From: Caulobacter segnis | Lineage (GTDB): Bacteria > Pseudomonadota > Alphaproteobacteria > Caulobacterales > Caulobacteraceae | DNA: 64,000 nucleotides | Assembly: GCF_003243465.1 (NCBI RefSeq) | Contig: NZ_QFQZ01000013.1 | Coordinates: forward strand, 4,614 to 68,613 | Reading direction: 5' to 3' | Shown: positions 48,511 to 58,264 of the stretch, one piece after another | Position numbering within the stretch: position 1 is the stretch's first letter | Layout of the letters: the number at the start of each line of letters is the position of its first letter | Program-made: the position numbers and the translations under genes | Notes under the pieces: model-generated | Told to the model about the DNA's origin: nothing | Database searches by the model: none | What the model saw: the letters and a program-made list of their open reading frames with translations, nothing else

Positions 48511-50109
48511 CTACGCCCGCTCCTTGGTCCGCTCGAAGCGCACCTTGGGATAGCGCTCGGCGACGTAGCCGATTTCCCAGGACGACTTGCCCAGGAAGAC
48601 CGGAGCCTCGTCAATGTCCTGCCCCATGGCCGACTTGTGCTTGTTCACGAAGTCCTCGACGTCGGCGCGGTCGCCGCCCAGCCAGCGGGCCTCAGCGTAG
48701 GGGCTGGCTTCGAAGATCACTTCCAGCTGGTACTCGTTGGCCAGGCGGTCGGCCATGACCTCGAACTGCAGCTGACCGACGGCGCCGACGATGAAGTCGC
48801 TGCCGATCATCGGACGGAACAGCTGGGTAACCCCCTCCTCGGCCAGGCCTTCCAGCGCCTTCTTCAAGTGCTTGGCCTTCAGCGGATCCTTCACCCGCAC
48901 GCGGCGCAGGATTTCCGGAGCGAAGTTGGGCAGGCCCGCGAAGCGCAGCGTCCCGCTTTCGGACAGGCTGTCGCCCACCCGCAAGACACCATGATTGGGA
49001 ATGCCAATGACGTCGCCGGCGAAGGCGTCCTCGGCCAGCTCGCGGTCGGAGGCGAAGAACATGATCGGCGCGTTGACGCTCATGGCCTTGCCGGTGTTCT
49101 GGGCCTTCAGCTTCATGCCCCGGGTGAAGCGGCCGCTGGTCAGGCGCAGGAAGGCGATGCGGTCGCGGTGGTTGGGGTCCATGTTCGCCTGGACCTTGAA
49201 CACGAAACCCGAGACTTCGCCGTCGCCCGGCGCGACATGGGTCTCGGCCCCGCCCTTCGTGGCCGGCATCGGCTTGGGCGGCGGGGCGTAGGCGCCGATG
49301 CCGCCGAGCAGTTCGGCGACGCCGAAGTGGCGCAGTGCCGAGCCGAAGAACACCGGGGTCATATGACCCTCGAGGAACGACTGGACGTCGAACGGCTTGC
49401 CGGCCTCGGTGACCAGCATGGCGTTGTCTTCCAGCTCGGCCTTCTCTTCGGGGTCCAGGTACTGGACCACCGCATTGCCCTTGAAGGCGACGGGGTCGGG
49501 ATGGCCCTCCTCGTCGGTGGAGCTCTTCTTGGCGTAGGGGATGAACTGGTCCTTGCGCAGGTCCAGCATGCCCTTGAACCGCCCGCCCGAACCGGCGGGC
49601 CAGTAGAGTGGCGCCGGATCCAGGGCCAGCTTCGAGGAAACCTCGTCCAAGAGCTCGAACGGATCCTGAGCCTCGCGGTCCATCTTGTTGATGAAGGTGA
49701 TGATCGGGATGTCGCGCAGGCGGCAGACCTCGAACAGCTTCAGGGTCTGGGGTTCGATACCCTTGGCGGCGTCTAGCACCATGATCGCCGCATCGGCGGC
49801 GGTCAGGGTGCGGTAGGTGTCTTCCGAGAAGTCCTCGTGGCCCGGGGTGTCCAGCAGGTTGAACATCAGGCCGTCGTGGTCGAACGTCATCACCGAGGCG
49901 CTGACCGAGATGCCGCGCTCGCGCTCGATCTTCATCCAGTCCGACTGGGTGCGCCGCGTCTGGCCCCGCGCCCGCACGGCGCCGGCGGCCCGGATCGCCC
50001 CGCCGGCCAGCAGCAGGTTTTCGGTCAAGGTCGTCTTGCCGGCGTCGGGGTGACTGATGATGGCGAAGGTGCGCCGACGGGCGGCTTCAGCGGCGGGGGA
50101 AGTGCTCAT
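48511..50109 (-). CDS. prfC: Peptide chain release factor 3
   Basis: 532 aa. RRTFAIISHPDAGKTTLTE, DTPGHEDF and NKMDR GTPase motifs. Confidence 0.95.
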   Translation of the reverse strand: MSTSPAAEAARRRTFAIISHPDAGKTTLTENLLLAGGAIRAAGAVRARGQTRRTQSDWMKIERERGISVSASVMTFDHDGLMFNLLDTPGHEDFSEDTYRTLTAADAAIMVLDAAKGIEPQTLKLFEVCRLRDIPIITFINKMDREAQDPFELLDEVSSKLALDPAPLYWPAGSGGRFKGMLDLRKDQFIPYAKKSSTDEEGHPDPVAFKGNAVVQYLDPEEKAELEDNAMLVTEAGKPFDVQSFLEGHMTPVFFGSALRHFGVAELLGGIGAYAPPPKPMPATKGGAETHVAPGDGEVSGFVFKVQANMDPNHRDRIAFLRLTSGRFTRGMKLKAQNTGKAMSVNAPIMFFASDRELAEDAFAGDVIGIPNHGVLRVGDSLSESGTLRFAGLPNFAPEILRRVRVKDPLKAKHLKKALEGLAEEGVTQLFRPMIGSDFIVGAVGQLQFEVMADRLANEYQLEVIFEASPYAEARWLGGDRADVEDFVNKHKSAMGQDIDEAPVFLGKSSWEIGYVAERYPKVRFERTKERA

Positions 50110-50424
50110 GGGCGGGGACTAGCCCCATCGGCCGTTTTTGTCACCTTCCGACGACGCCCTGACGGACGCGCCCTAGCCTCGAACGCCGTCCGCAGAGGCG
50201 TGCTGAGTGGATCAAGGCCCAGAACAGCGCTCGCGGCTCACGACACTTGGAGTTGAAGCGCTCGCCCCGTGCGAGACCTGGTCAGGCACAGCTGCGGCGC
50301 CATGCCCTACGATGTGCTCACCAGGCGGCCAAAATACCCCTATTCGAATAAAGGGTTTGGAGTCATGCTTGCGACTTCACCAACGACGACTTCAGATCGT
50401 CGGGTGTCTGGAGGAAATCGAACG

Positions 50425-50562
50425 ATGGCTATGCTCGACCATTCTCGTTCCCAGGGCCGGCAGCATCCCGCCGGCAGCGCCCTGTGCTTCGGCGTCACGA
50501 TCGCCGGCCTGGTCGGCTTGGCCGTGACGATCAGCTGGCTGATGACCCTGGTGAAGTTCTAG
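50425..50562 (+). CDS. Possible small membrane protein (45 aa)
   Basis: GGAGG lies 9 nt upstream of ATG 50425. One TM helix (LCFGVTIAGLVGLAVTISWLMTLV). Supported only by the SD sequence and hydrophobicity. Confidence 0.3.
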   Translation: MAMLDHSRSQGRQHPAGSALCFGVTIAGLVGLAVTISWLMTLVKF

Positions 50563-50939
50563 GCGGCCAGGCGCTGCCAGACCTGACGGTCGGCCTCGGC
50601 GTTGGTCAGCGAGCCGGCGTTCTGGCGATGCAACAGCGTGCCCATGACCTCGACGCCGAGCTGAGCGTATCGGGCCTGGACCTCCTCGACCGGGCATCCG
50701 CGCGTGGGGGCGACGAAGAGCGCGGCGTTGATCTCGGGCGCCTTGGCGATGATCAGGGCGGCGAGGCGCTGGGCGCGCTCGACATCCTTGTGCTGCAGCA
50801 CCGGCTCCTGCGCGAAAAGCTCCTTGCCCAGCTCCAGCACGCTATTCAGCGACAGACGAGCGAACCGGTCGCGCGTGACAGGCGGCGCCAGTTCGCTGGG
50901 GTCAAAGCTGAGGATGACGTCGTTCATCAAAAAAAGCAT
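50559..50939 (-). CDS. Hypothetical protein (126 aa)
   Basis: High-GC3 ORF. No family recognised. The start could be 50939 or 50927. Confidence 0.45.
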   Translation of the reverse strand: MLFLMNDVILSFDPSELAPPVTRDRFARLSLNSVLELGKELFAQEPVLQHKDVERAQRLAALIIAKAPEINAALFVAPTRGCPVEEVQARYAQLGVEVMGTLLHRQNAGSLTNAEADRQVWQRLAA

Positions 50940-51077
50940 GGGGGTTACTGGCTGAGCGACTCTGGGCCGAACCCATACCCGATCTGGGCTTTCGAGCCCG
51001 TTTAGCTTCAGGGTTAACCCGACGCCGCCCCCCGTTTCGCCGTCCCTTATCCCCAGACTTTAGGCCAAGTGGGCCCT

Positions 51078-51416
51078 TCAGAGAGGGTCGGGCTCGACGG
51101 GCTCCGTCAGGAAGTGGCGGCCTTCACGATCTTCGATCTCGACCAGCCAGACGTCCGGGTCGATCCGCGCCGCACGCTCGGCATAAGCATCCAGGTCAGG
51201 CTCGAAGACGGAGCGGACGGGCTGCATCCAAAAGCGCTCGCCGTCACCCCGAGTAGCCTCGCTGTAGAGCCGCGCGGTTCCGGCGCGGCGGTCGACCACC
51301 TTCACCAGGACCGCGCCGGCGCGCGTGTCGCCCTTGCGCGCCACCGTGGCGAAGGCGCCGCCGAGCTCCGCGCGCCGAACCAGCGCGCCCACCCAGATGT
51401 CCGTCGAAAGAAGCAT
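51078..51416 (-). CDS. DUF1491 family protein
   Basis: ATG at 51416, 112 aa. The LSTDIWVGALVRR....G.FATVARKGD..AGAVLVK pattern is as I remember for DUF1491. Confidence 0.6.
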   Translation of the reverse strand: MLLSTDIWVGALVRRAELGGAFATVARKGDTRAGAVLVKVVDRRAGTARLYSEATRGDGERFWMQPVRSVFEPDLDAYAERAARIDPDVWLVEIEDREGRHFLTEPVEPDPL

Positions 51417-51479
51417 GCTAACCGAACCGCAACCTGAGCCGGCGTAGACCGGCCCTTGAAGTGTCTCACCCATAGGCCA

Positions 51480-52370
51480 ATGACGTCCGCAGAGCATCAT
51501 AAAGGTCTCGCTCACGCGGGGATGGCGGCGGTGCTGCTGTTGGCGGGCCTTGTCGCGCCGGGTCGACCGATGGCCGCTGAAGCGGCCGACCAGCTCTATG
51601 AGCGCACCTTGATGAGCGCGGCGCACGCCCGCTGCCGCCTGTTCTCGCCTGCGATCGCCGCGACGCTGGACGCGGCCCGCGCCCAGGCGCGCGGCGCCGC
51701 CCTGCGCTCGGGCGCCACCGAGCCGCAGATCGCCGCCCTGGAGCAGCGGGCCCGCGCCAAGGCCGGCGCCGCGCCCTGCGGCTCAAAGGATCTCGCCCTG
51801 GCCGCCTCACGCGTCCGGGCTGCGTTCGACGGCTACGCCCAGATGCAGACCATGACCTATCCGGGCGATGTCGCATCATGGAAGGCCGATCGCGCCTCGT
51901 CGGCGACCATTCCGTTCTGGCGGCTCTCGCAGATGTCGGCCTTCGGCGGCGACCGGCTGATCTTCGGCCTGGCCGGCAGCAACAAGGCCGTCACGGCCGT
52001 GGCCACCTTCCAGAACGGCCAGCGTCCCTACGCCGCGCGGGTGATCATGCGCGACACGCGCCGCACGCTCGGTCCCTATATCGACCACCGCGCGGGCGCA
52101 GCCCTGACCGGCAAGGTCGCGCCGCGCAACGCCAGCCTCGTGTTCAATGCCGAAACGCGCGAGGAAGCGCCGCCATCCCTGCTGCCGACCGGCGCCAAGA
52201 ACGGCCTGGCGTTCCGCTTCCCGGCCAAGGTCGCAGAGGCGATCTCGCAACTGGATCCGCGCGAAGCGGTGACCATCGAATTCACCTTCACCGGCCGCGC
52301 CGAAGAGACGACCCGCAAGGCCTATGTCGAGGTGGGCGATTTCGCGGCCGGACGCGCATTCCTGCACTGA
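51480..52370 (+). CDS. Hypothetical secreted protein
   Basis: Signal-like N-terminus (GMAAVLLLAGLVAPGRPMAAEA). Start could be 51456, 51480 or 51522. No family recognised. Confidence 0.5.
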   Translation: MTSAEHHKGLAHAGMAAVLLLAGLVAPGRPMAAEAADQLYERTLMSAAHARCRLFSPAIAATLDAARAQARGAALRSGATEPQIAALEQRARAKAGAAPCGSKDLALAASRVRAAFDGYAQMQTMTYPGDVASWKADRASSATIPFWRLSQMSAFGGDRLIFGLAGSNKAVTAVATFQNGQRPYAARVIMRDTRRTLGPYIDHRAGAALTGKVAPRNASLVFNAETREEAPPSLLPTGAKNGLAFRFPAKVAEAISQLDPREAVTIEFTFTGRAEETTRKAYVEVGDFAAGRAFLH

Positions 52371-52385
52371 CCGCGGAGACAGTCC

Positions 52386-54080
52386 TCAGCGCGGCGCGAA
52401 GGCGATGACATTGTCGCCGAGGCTGACCGGCGACGGCTTCTCCTCGGGGACGACCTCCTGCTCCGCCGGCTTGGACGGCAGGACCGCCAGCAGCACCGGC
52501 AACCGCACCGAAACGGTGGTGCCGACGCCCAGGCGGCTCTCGATCGCCATCTCGCCGCCGTGCAGCTTGGCGAAGGCGCGGACCAGCGACAGGCCAAGGC
52601 CCGTGCCGCCGGCGCGCTGCTCGGCGCCGCCCGCCTGTTCGTAAGGCCGCCCCAGGCGCTCCAGGTCCTCGGGGCTGATCCCGACGCCGCTGTCGGCGAC
52701 CACGATTTCGAGGACGCCGTCATAGCCGTCCAGCGTCACCGTCACCTGTCCGCCGCGCGGCGTGAACTTCAGGGCGTTCGAGACCAGGTTCAGCACGATC
52801 TGCTTGAGAGCCCGGCGATCGGCGTCCACCTCCAGCTCGCCGCCCGGCAGCACGCCGCGCAGCTGGACGCCGGCGGTGTCGGACTGGACGCGCAGCAGGC
52901 GCATGGCGGCCTGGACCGCCTCGCGGGCGTCGAACACGCCGCGCTGCAGCTCGAACCGCTCGGCCTCGATCTTCGACATGTCCAGCACGTCGTTGATCAG
53001 GTCCAGCAGGTGGCCGCCGCTTTCGTGGATCAGCTCGGCGTATTCGGCGTAGCGGTCGGTCAGCGGACCGAACATCCGCGCGCGCATGATGTCAGAGAAG
53101 CCCATGATCGCATTCAGCGGCGTGCGCAGCTCGTGACTCATATTGGCCAGGAAGCGGGCGCGACCGGACGCCAGCGCCTCGGCGTCGGCCCGCGCCTGCT
53201 CCAGGGCGGCCACGCGGTCGCGCTCCACCGTCACGTCGCGCAGCAGGCCCACCAGCTGGCTGGGCGCCACGCGCTGCAGGTCCAGCGCAAGGACGCGGTC
53301 GACACTGAGCGCCGGCGCGAAATCAAGGCTGGCGGCCCCGTCCCGATGGGCCTGGGCGATGGCGGCGGCCAGGCGCTGCCGATCGGCGGGGGCCGCGGCG
53401 GCGGCCAGGCTTCCGGTCAGCAATTGCACGGTCGAGACGCCCAGCGGCGCCGCGCCACGCACGGTCATCACCTCGTCGTGGCCTCGAATGGCGATGGCCA
53501 GGTGCGGCAGACCGTCCAGAACGGCTTCGAGCCCGCCGATCTCCAAGGCGTCGCGGCCCTCGCGCAGCTCCTGGCGGCGGCGGCCGATCAGCAGACCGGC
53601 GGCCAAGCCGAGACCGGTGGTGACCAAGGCCAGAAAACCCAAGAGGAAGGCCAGCGGCCCGGTCGGGGCGGCGGGGGCTAGGCCCGAGAGCTGAGCCAAG
53701 GCCGCGGCGCAGCCGCCGATCAGCGCCAGAGCGGCGCCTTCCGCCAGCCGCTTGGACCGGTCCATGGTCGAGGCGGCGGCGACCGGCGCCAGGCACCAGG
53801 CGGCCATCGCGCCCGATACGCCGCCGGTCAGGCCCGCGGCGACGGCCCCGCCGATCGCCCAAAGCCAGAGCAGAAAAGCCTCGGCGCGCTCGCCCGGGCG
53901 CCGGACCACCAGCGCGGCCAGGGCGGGTATCGCGCCCGCGGCCAGGGCGCTCCAGACCGGCCAGGCGCGGGCGTCGGCCACGAACAGCGCCGCGGCGGCC
54001 GCCAGGCAGACAGCGGCCAGCCATCCCAGGCGCCAAGCCAGCGCAGGGTCGAAGCCCGCGGGCGGAGCGGGCCCCTTCAT
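52386..54080 (-). CDS. divJ: Polytopic membrane sensor histidine kinase, DivJ-like
   Basis: N-terminal multi-TM region, H-box FLANMSHELRTPLNAI, and HATPase (GTGLGLSLV). The symbol rests on architecture and on this gene lying about 12 kb from cckA, as I recall for C. crescentus. ATG at 54080, with an alternative TTG at 54107. Confidence 0.55.
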   Translation of the reverse strand: MKGPAPPAGFDPALAWRLGWLAAVCLAAAAALFVADARAWPVWSALAAGAIPALAALVVRRPGERAEAFLLWLWAIGGAVAAGLTGGVSGAMAAWCLAPVAAASTMDRSKRLAEGAALALIGGCAAALAQLSGLAPAAPTGPLAFLLGFLALVTTGLGLAAGLLIGRRRQELREGRDALEIGGLEAVLDGLPHLAIAIRGHDEVMTVRGAAPLGVSTVQLLTGSLAAAAAPADRQRLAAAIAQAHRDGAASLDFAPALSVDRVLALDLQRVAPSQLVGLLRDVTVERDRVAALEQARADAEALASGRARFLANMSHELRTPLNAIMGFSDIMRARMFGPLTDRYAEYAELIHESGGHLLDLINDVLDMSKIEAERFELQRGVFDAREAVQAAMRLLRVQSDTAGVQLRGVLPGGELEVDADRRALKQIVLNLVSNALKFTPRGGQVTVTLDGYDGVLEIVVADSGVGISPEDLERLGRPYEQAGGAEQRAGGTGLGLSLVRAFAKLHGGEMAIESRLGVGTTVSVRLPVLLAVLPSKPAEQEVVPEEKPSPVSLGDNVIAFAPR

Positions 54081-54299
54081 CGGTTCTGGACGCGCTTTGA
54101 GTTCCAAGGCCGGCCGGTTGCGACTGCGGCGGGAGTCGCCGCTTGAGGGAGTCTAACGCGAGCAGCGCGTTCCGGCCAAGCGCGCACAATCGTTAAGCGA
54201 GGTTAACGGCGGACTTCGTTGTGGACGGAAACGGAATCGTAAGCGCCATGCGTCATGGTCCACTCTGATCAGTGCGGACAGAAGGTCCGGGAGTTCGTA

Positions 54300-55094
54300 A
54301 TGGCTGAACCGGCGTACCTGGACGCATCGCTTATCGCGCCCCCGGCGGAAGACGCGCCGACCGAGCGCAGAACGGCCGCGGAAGAGCGCCGCCGCGCGGC
54401 GCTGGACGATCGTAAGCGCTCCTTCCTGCGCATGGTCAGCCATGAGCTGCGGACCCCGCTGAACGCCGTGATCGGCTTTTCCGAAATCCTGTCGCACGAG
54501 CTCTACGGCCCGCTGGGCTCGCCGCAGTACCGCGAGTACGCCCAGATCGTGCACGACAGCGGCGTCAAATTGCTGAAGCTGGTCAACCAGATCGTCGAGA
54601 TCGCGCGCCTGGAAGGCCACGTCACCGACATCAAGATGACGCCCGAGAGCCTGGACGAGGCCCTGGAAGACGTTATGGAGGGCCTGCGCCCCGAGATCGC
54701 GCGCCGCGAGGTCATCATCCACATCATCGGCCAGGGCGCTCTGCCCTTGGTCATCGCCGACAGCCGGGGCCTGCGCACCATGCTGTCGAACCTGCTGCAG
54801 AACGCTGTGACCCACTCGCCCGCCGGCGGGGTGGTGCACGTCGCGGCCGGCCGGATCGGCGGCGAGGTCGAGATCACCATCCGCGACCAGGGACCGGGCG
54901 TCGACAGCGCCGAGCTGCCGCGCCTGCTGCAACCGTTCGAGCAGGGCGGCTCGCCGCTGACTCGCAACAACGAAGGCGTGGGCCTGGGCCTGCCAATCGT
55001 CGACCTGCTGTCGCGGGCGATGGGCGGGCGGCTGAAGCTGTCCTCCAGCCTCGGGGCGGGCTTCCTGGCCCGGCTGATCCTGGAAGCGGGCTGA
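54300..55094 (+). CDS. Small soluble histidine kinase (HisKA + HATPase only)
   Basis: ATG at 54300 is preceded by GGGAG. An alternative start lies at 54255. H-box FLRMVSHELRTPLNAV. N, G1 and G2 boxes are present (LLQNAV, RDQGPG, GVGLGL). Confidence 0.75.
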   Translation: MAEPAYLDASLIAPPAEDAPTERRTAAEERRRAALDDRKRSFLRMVSHELRTPLNAVIGFSEILSHELYGPLGSPQYREYAQIVHDSGVKLLKLVNQIVEIARLEGHVTDIKMTPESLDEALEDVMEGLRPEIARREVIIHIIGQGALPLVIADSRGLRTMLSNLLQNAVTHSPAGGVVHVAAGRIGGEVEITIRDQGPGVDSAELPRLLQPFEQGGSPLTRNNEGVGLGLPIVDLLSRAMGGRLKLSSSLGAGFLARLILEAG

Positions 55095-55145
55095 TCGCCA
55101 CGCCACGCTTGCCTTGGGCGGGCGAAGGCGCCTAAACGCCCGCCC

Positions 55146-55580
55146 ATGACCAACCCCATCGACGCCGCCCTCGACGAACTGGCCGACGAGTTCGAACTGC
55201 TCGGCGACTGGGAAGAGCGCTATCGCTACGTGATCGAGCTCGGCAAGGAGCTTGCCCCCCTCACCGACGCCGAGCGCTCGGAGGAGAACAAGGTGCGCGG
55301 CTGCGCCAGCCAGGTATGGCTGGTCACCGAGCCGCAGGCCGACGGAACCCTGCAGTTCCGAGGCGACAGCGACGCCCACATCGTCAGCGGCCTGGTGGCG
55401 ATCATGCTGCGCCTGTACTCGGGCCGATCGCCCGCCGATATTGTCGCCTTCGACGCCAAGGCGGCCCTCGATCGCCTGGGCCTGTCCGGAGCCCTGTCGT
55501 CGCAGCGCTCCAACGGCCTGAAGTCGATGGTCGCTCGCATTCAGCGCGACGCCCAGGAGGCGCTGAGCGCCCGTGGCTAA
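55146..55580 (+). CDS. sufE: Cysteine desulfuration protein SufE
   Basis: 144 aa. The [10 protein letters not shown] active-site Cys context, and LSSQRSNGL. Confidence 0.9.
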   Translation: MTNPIDAALDELADEFELLGDWEERYRYVIELGKELAPLTDAERSEENKVRGCASQVWLVTEPQADGTLQFRGDSDAHIVSGLVAIMLRLYSGRSPADIVAFDAKAALDRLGLSGALSSQRSNGLKSMVARIQRDAQEALSARG

Positions 55581-56523
55581 CTACCGCGTCGCCGCGCTCT
55601 ATCGCTTCACGCGGTTCGAGGACCCGGCCGCGATCCAGGGGCCTTTGGCCGCCCTGTGCTGCGGGCTCGGCGTCAAGGGCACCCTGCTGCTGGCTCGCGA
55701 GGGGATCAACGGCACGATCGCCGGCGAGGACGCCGCCATCGAGGCGGTGCTGGCCCACATCCGCGCCCTGCCCGGCTGCGCCGACCTGACGCCCAAGACC
55801 GCCTGGGCCGAGCGCATGCCGTTCTACCGGATGAAGGTCCGACTGAAGAAAGAGATCGTCACCCTGGGCGAGCCCGATCTCGACCCGACCGATCCTGGAA
55901 CCTACGTCGCGCCCGCCGACTGGAACGCCCTGATCAGCGATCCCGACGTCGTGGTGATCGACACCCGCAACGACTATGAGGTCGCCGTCGGCCGGTTCGA
56001 GGGCGCGGTCGATCCCAAGACGGCCAGCTTCTCGGAATTCCCCACCTGGTTCCGCCAATACCGTCAGGATCTCGAAGCCGCGCGCGCGCCTGACGCGCCG
56101 CCGCTGAAGGTCGCCATGTACTGCACCGGCGGCATCCGTTGCGAGAAGTCGACCGCCTTCCTGAAGGCCGAAGGGATCGAGCAGGTCTTCCACCTGAAGG
56201 GCGGCATCCTCGACTATCTGGAGCAGGTGCCCGAGCCCGAGAGCCTCTGGCGCGGCGAATGCTTCGTTTTCGACGAGCGGGTGGCGGTAGGCCATGGCCT
56301 GACGCCGGGAAGCCATGTGCTGTGCCGGGGCTGCCGCATGCCGGTCAGCCCGGAGAAGCAGGCCTCGCCGCTCTATGTCGAGGGCGTCTCCTGCCCGGCC
56401 TGTCACGACCGGCGGACGGACGACCAGAAGGCCCGGGCCGCCGAGCGCCACCGTCAGGCTCTGCACTGCGAGGCTCTGGGCATCGACCACGTCGGCGCGC
56501 AGTTGCCCGCCAAGACGGGCTGA
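55573..56523 (+). CDS. trhO: Rhodanese-domain tRNA uridine(34) hydroxylase (TrhO/YceA, UPF0176)
   Basis: YRF..F.. N-terminus, GINGT, rhodanese active loop [10 protein letters not shown], and a C-terminal Cys cluster. Confidence 0.85.
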   Translation: MANYRVAALYRFTRFEDPAAIQGPLAALCCGLGVKGTLLLAREGINGTIAGEDAAIEAVLAHIRALPGCADLTPKTAWAERMPFYRMKVRLKKEIVTLGEPDLDPTDPGTYVAPADWNALISDPDVVVIDTRNDYEVAVGRFEGAVDPKTASFSEFPTWFRQYRQDLEAARAPDAPPLKVAMYCTGGIRCEKSTAFLKAEGIEQVFHLKGGILDYLEQVPEPESLWRGECFVFDERVAVGHGLTPGSHVLCRGCRMPVSPEKQASPLYVEGVSCPACHDRRTDDQKARAAERHRQALHCEALGIDHVGAQLPAKTG

Positions 56524-56582
56524 ACCGTTCGGCCTGGCTCCGCGTTGACCCGGCTCCCCTTCCCCACGCGAGGAGCCCTTCG

Positions 56583-57032
56583 ATGCACACCAACGAAGAT
56601 CACATCAAGCTGGTCAACGGCCTGGTCGAGACCACGATCGACAGCGCCGACGGCTACGCCGAGGCCGCCAAGGACGCCGACAACAGCCGCTACAAGGAGC
56701 TGTTCGAGCGCCGCGCCCAGGAGCGCCGCTCGATCGCTTCCGAGCTGCAGGACGAAGTTCGTCGCCTCGGCGGCGAGCCCAAGGACGACGGCACCATCCT
56801 GGCCGCCGCGCACCGCGCCTTCCTGAACCTGAAGGACGCCATGACCAAGGGCGACGAGGCCGTGGTCAACGAGGTCGAGGCCGGCGAGGACCACATCAAG
56901 GCCAAGTACGAGAAGGCCATGCAGGACGCCGACGTCGATCCCCAGACCCGCGCCGTGATCGAACGCGCCTGGACGTCGGTGAAGTCCGGCCACGACCAGA
57001 TGCGCGACATCAAGCACATGTTGAAACACTAG
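56583..57032 (+). CDS. PA2169/DUF2383 ferritin-like four-helix-bundle protein
   Basis: ATG at 56583, 149 aa. LN.L.E...DS..GY..AA and E.GED.....Y patterns. Confidence 0.65.
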   Translation: MHTNEDHIKLVNGLVETTIDSADGYAEAAKDADNSRYKELFERRAQERRSIASELQDEVRRLGGEPKDDGTILAAAHRAFLNLKDAMTKGDEAVVNEVEAGEDHIKAKYEKAMQDADVDPQTRAVIERAWTSVKSGHDQMRDIKHMLKH

Positions 57033-57043
57033 CGACTAGAGAC

Positions 57044-57075
57044 GGGCGGGTCCGAAGGGGCCCGCCCATTTGCTT
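57044..57075 (+). terminator. Intrinsic-terminator-like hairpin (GGGCGGG..CCCGCCC followed by ATTTGCTT)
   Basis: Read directly from the sequence, 12 nt after the stop at 57032. Confidence 0.45.
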
Positions 57076-57095
57076 CCTGGCGCGCTCCAACGCAT

Positions 57096-57416
57096 ATGAG
57101 CGCCATGGAAGACGCGACGCGCCCCGCCCCCGCCGAACGCCTCGTGCTGGACGAGCGGCAGGTGAACCTGATCGCCAAGGCCCTGGCCGAACCGCGCCGC
57201 CGTCAGATCCTCAAGGAAATCGGAGCCGCCAGCGAGCCTACGCCCTGCGGCGCCGTCGCCCAGCACCTCGAAGTCACCGCCGCCACCTTTTCGCACCACA
57301 TGAAGGAGCTGGAAAACGCCGGCCTGATCCGCATCTGCCGTCAGGGCAAGTTCGCCTTCCTGGTGCTGCAGCGGGACGTGCTGAACGCTTACCTCGCGCA
57401 GTTGGGGGAGATTTAG
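57096..57416 (+). CDS. ArsR/SmtB family transcriptional regulator
   Basis: 106 aa. ALAEPRRRQILKEI..., FSHHMKELENAGLI. Confidence 0.8.
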   Translation: MSAMEDATRPAPAERLVLDERQVNLIAKALAEPRRRQILKEIGAASEPTPCGAVAQHLEVTAATFSHHMKELENAGLIRICRQGKFAFLVLQRDVLNAYLAQLGEI

Positions 57417-57510
57417 GGCCCGCCCCCCAATCCGCCCCCCCTTATTGAAACACTTCGATGATTATCTAAATGTCTAACCGATCGCCGCTCAGGCGATGGA
57501 GAGACAGATC

Positions 57511-58260
57511 ATGAGCAAGCTCGCAGGCAAGACCGCCGTGGTGACCGGCGCGTCGAAGGGTATTGGGGCCGGGATCGCCAAGGCGCTGGCGGCCGAAGGC
57601 GCGGCGGTGGCGGTCAACTACGCCTCGGACCAGGTCGGGGCCGAAAAGGTGGTCGCCGAGATCACCGCCGCCGGCGGCAAGGCGATCGCCGTTCAGGGCT
57701 CGGTCGCCAAGTCCGAGGAAGTCGTCCGGCTGTTTGAGACCGCGCAGACGGCGTTCGGAAGCCTCGACATCCTGGTCAACAACGCTGGCGTCTACGCTTT
57801 CACACCGCTGGAGGCGGTGACCGAAGCCGAGTTCAACCGCCAGTTCGACACCAACGTCTTGGGCCTGTTGCTGGCCACCCAGGAGGCGGCAAAGCGCTTT
57901 GGCCCCGAGGGCGGCAGCGTCATCAACATCAGCTCCTCGGCGGTGACCCTGGAGATCCCGGCCTTCTCGATCTACACGGCGACAAAGGCCTCGGTGGACG
58001 CCATCACCCGCGTCCTGGCCAAGGAGCTGGGGCCGCGCAAGATCCGCGTCAACGCCATCGCGCCGGGGGCCGTCGAGACCGAAGGAACCCATACGGCCGG
58101 GATCATCGGCTCGGACTTCGAGACCCAGATCGTGGCCGGCACCGCGTTGGGCCGGATGGGCCAGACCTCGGACATCGCGTCGGTCGCCACCTTCCTGGCC
58201 TCGCCTGAGAGCTTCTGGATCACCGGCGAGGTGATCGCGGTCGCCGGCGGCAACCGCTAG
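57511..58260 (+). CDS. SDR family oxidoreductase (FabG-like)
   Basis: ATG at 57511 is preceded by GGAGAG. TGASKGIG, NNAG and YTATKAS motifs. Confidence 0.9.
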   Translation: MSKLAGKTAVVTGASKGIGAGIAKALAAEGAAVAVNYASDQVGAEKVVAEITAAGGKAIAVQGSVAKSEEVVRLFETAQTAFGSLDILVNNAGVYAFTPLEAVTEAEFNRQFDTNVLGLLLATQEAAKRFGPEGGSVINISSSAVTLEIPAFSIYTATKASVDAITRVLAKELGPRKIRVNAIAPGAVETEGTHTAGIIGSDFETQIVAGTALGRMGQTSDIASVATFLASPESFWITGEVIAVAGGNR

Positions 58261-58264
58261 ATCC

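Noticed and set aside
50110-50424. prfC upstream region inspected for a riboswitch, sRNA or frameshift-type signal
   Set aside because: I saw only a weak 6-bp hairpin and no conserved motif I recognise. Programmed frameshifting is a prfB feature, not a prfC one.
54192-54206. TTAAGCGAGGTTAAC upstream of the DivJ-like kinase, as a possible CtrA box
   Set aside because: The spacing is N6, not the canonical N7. It is kept only as a remark, not as a feature.
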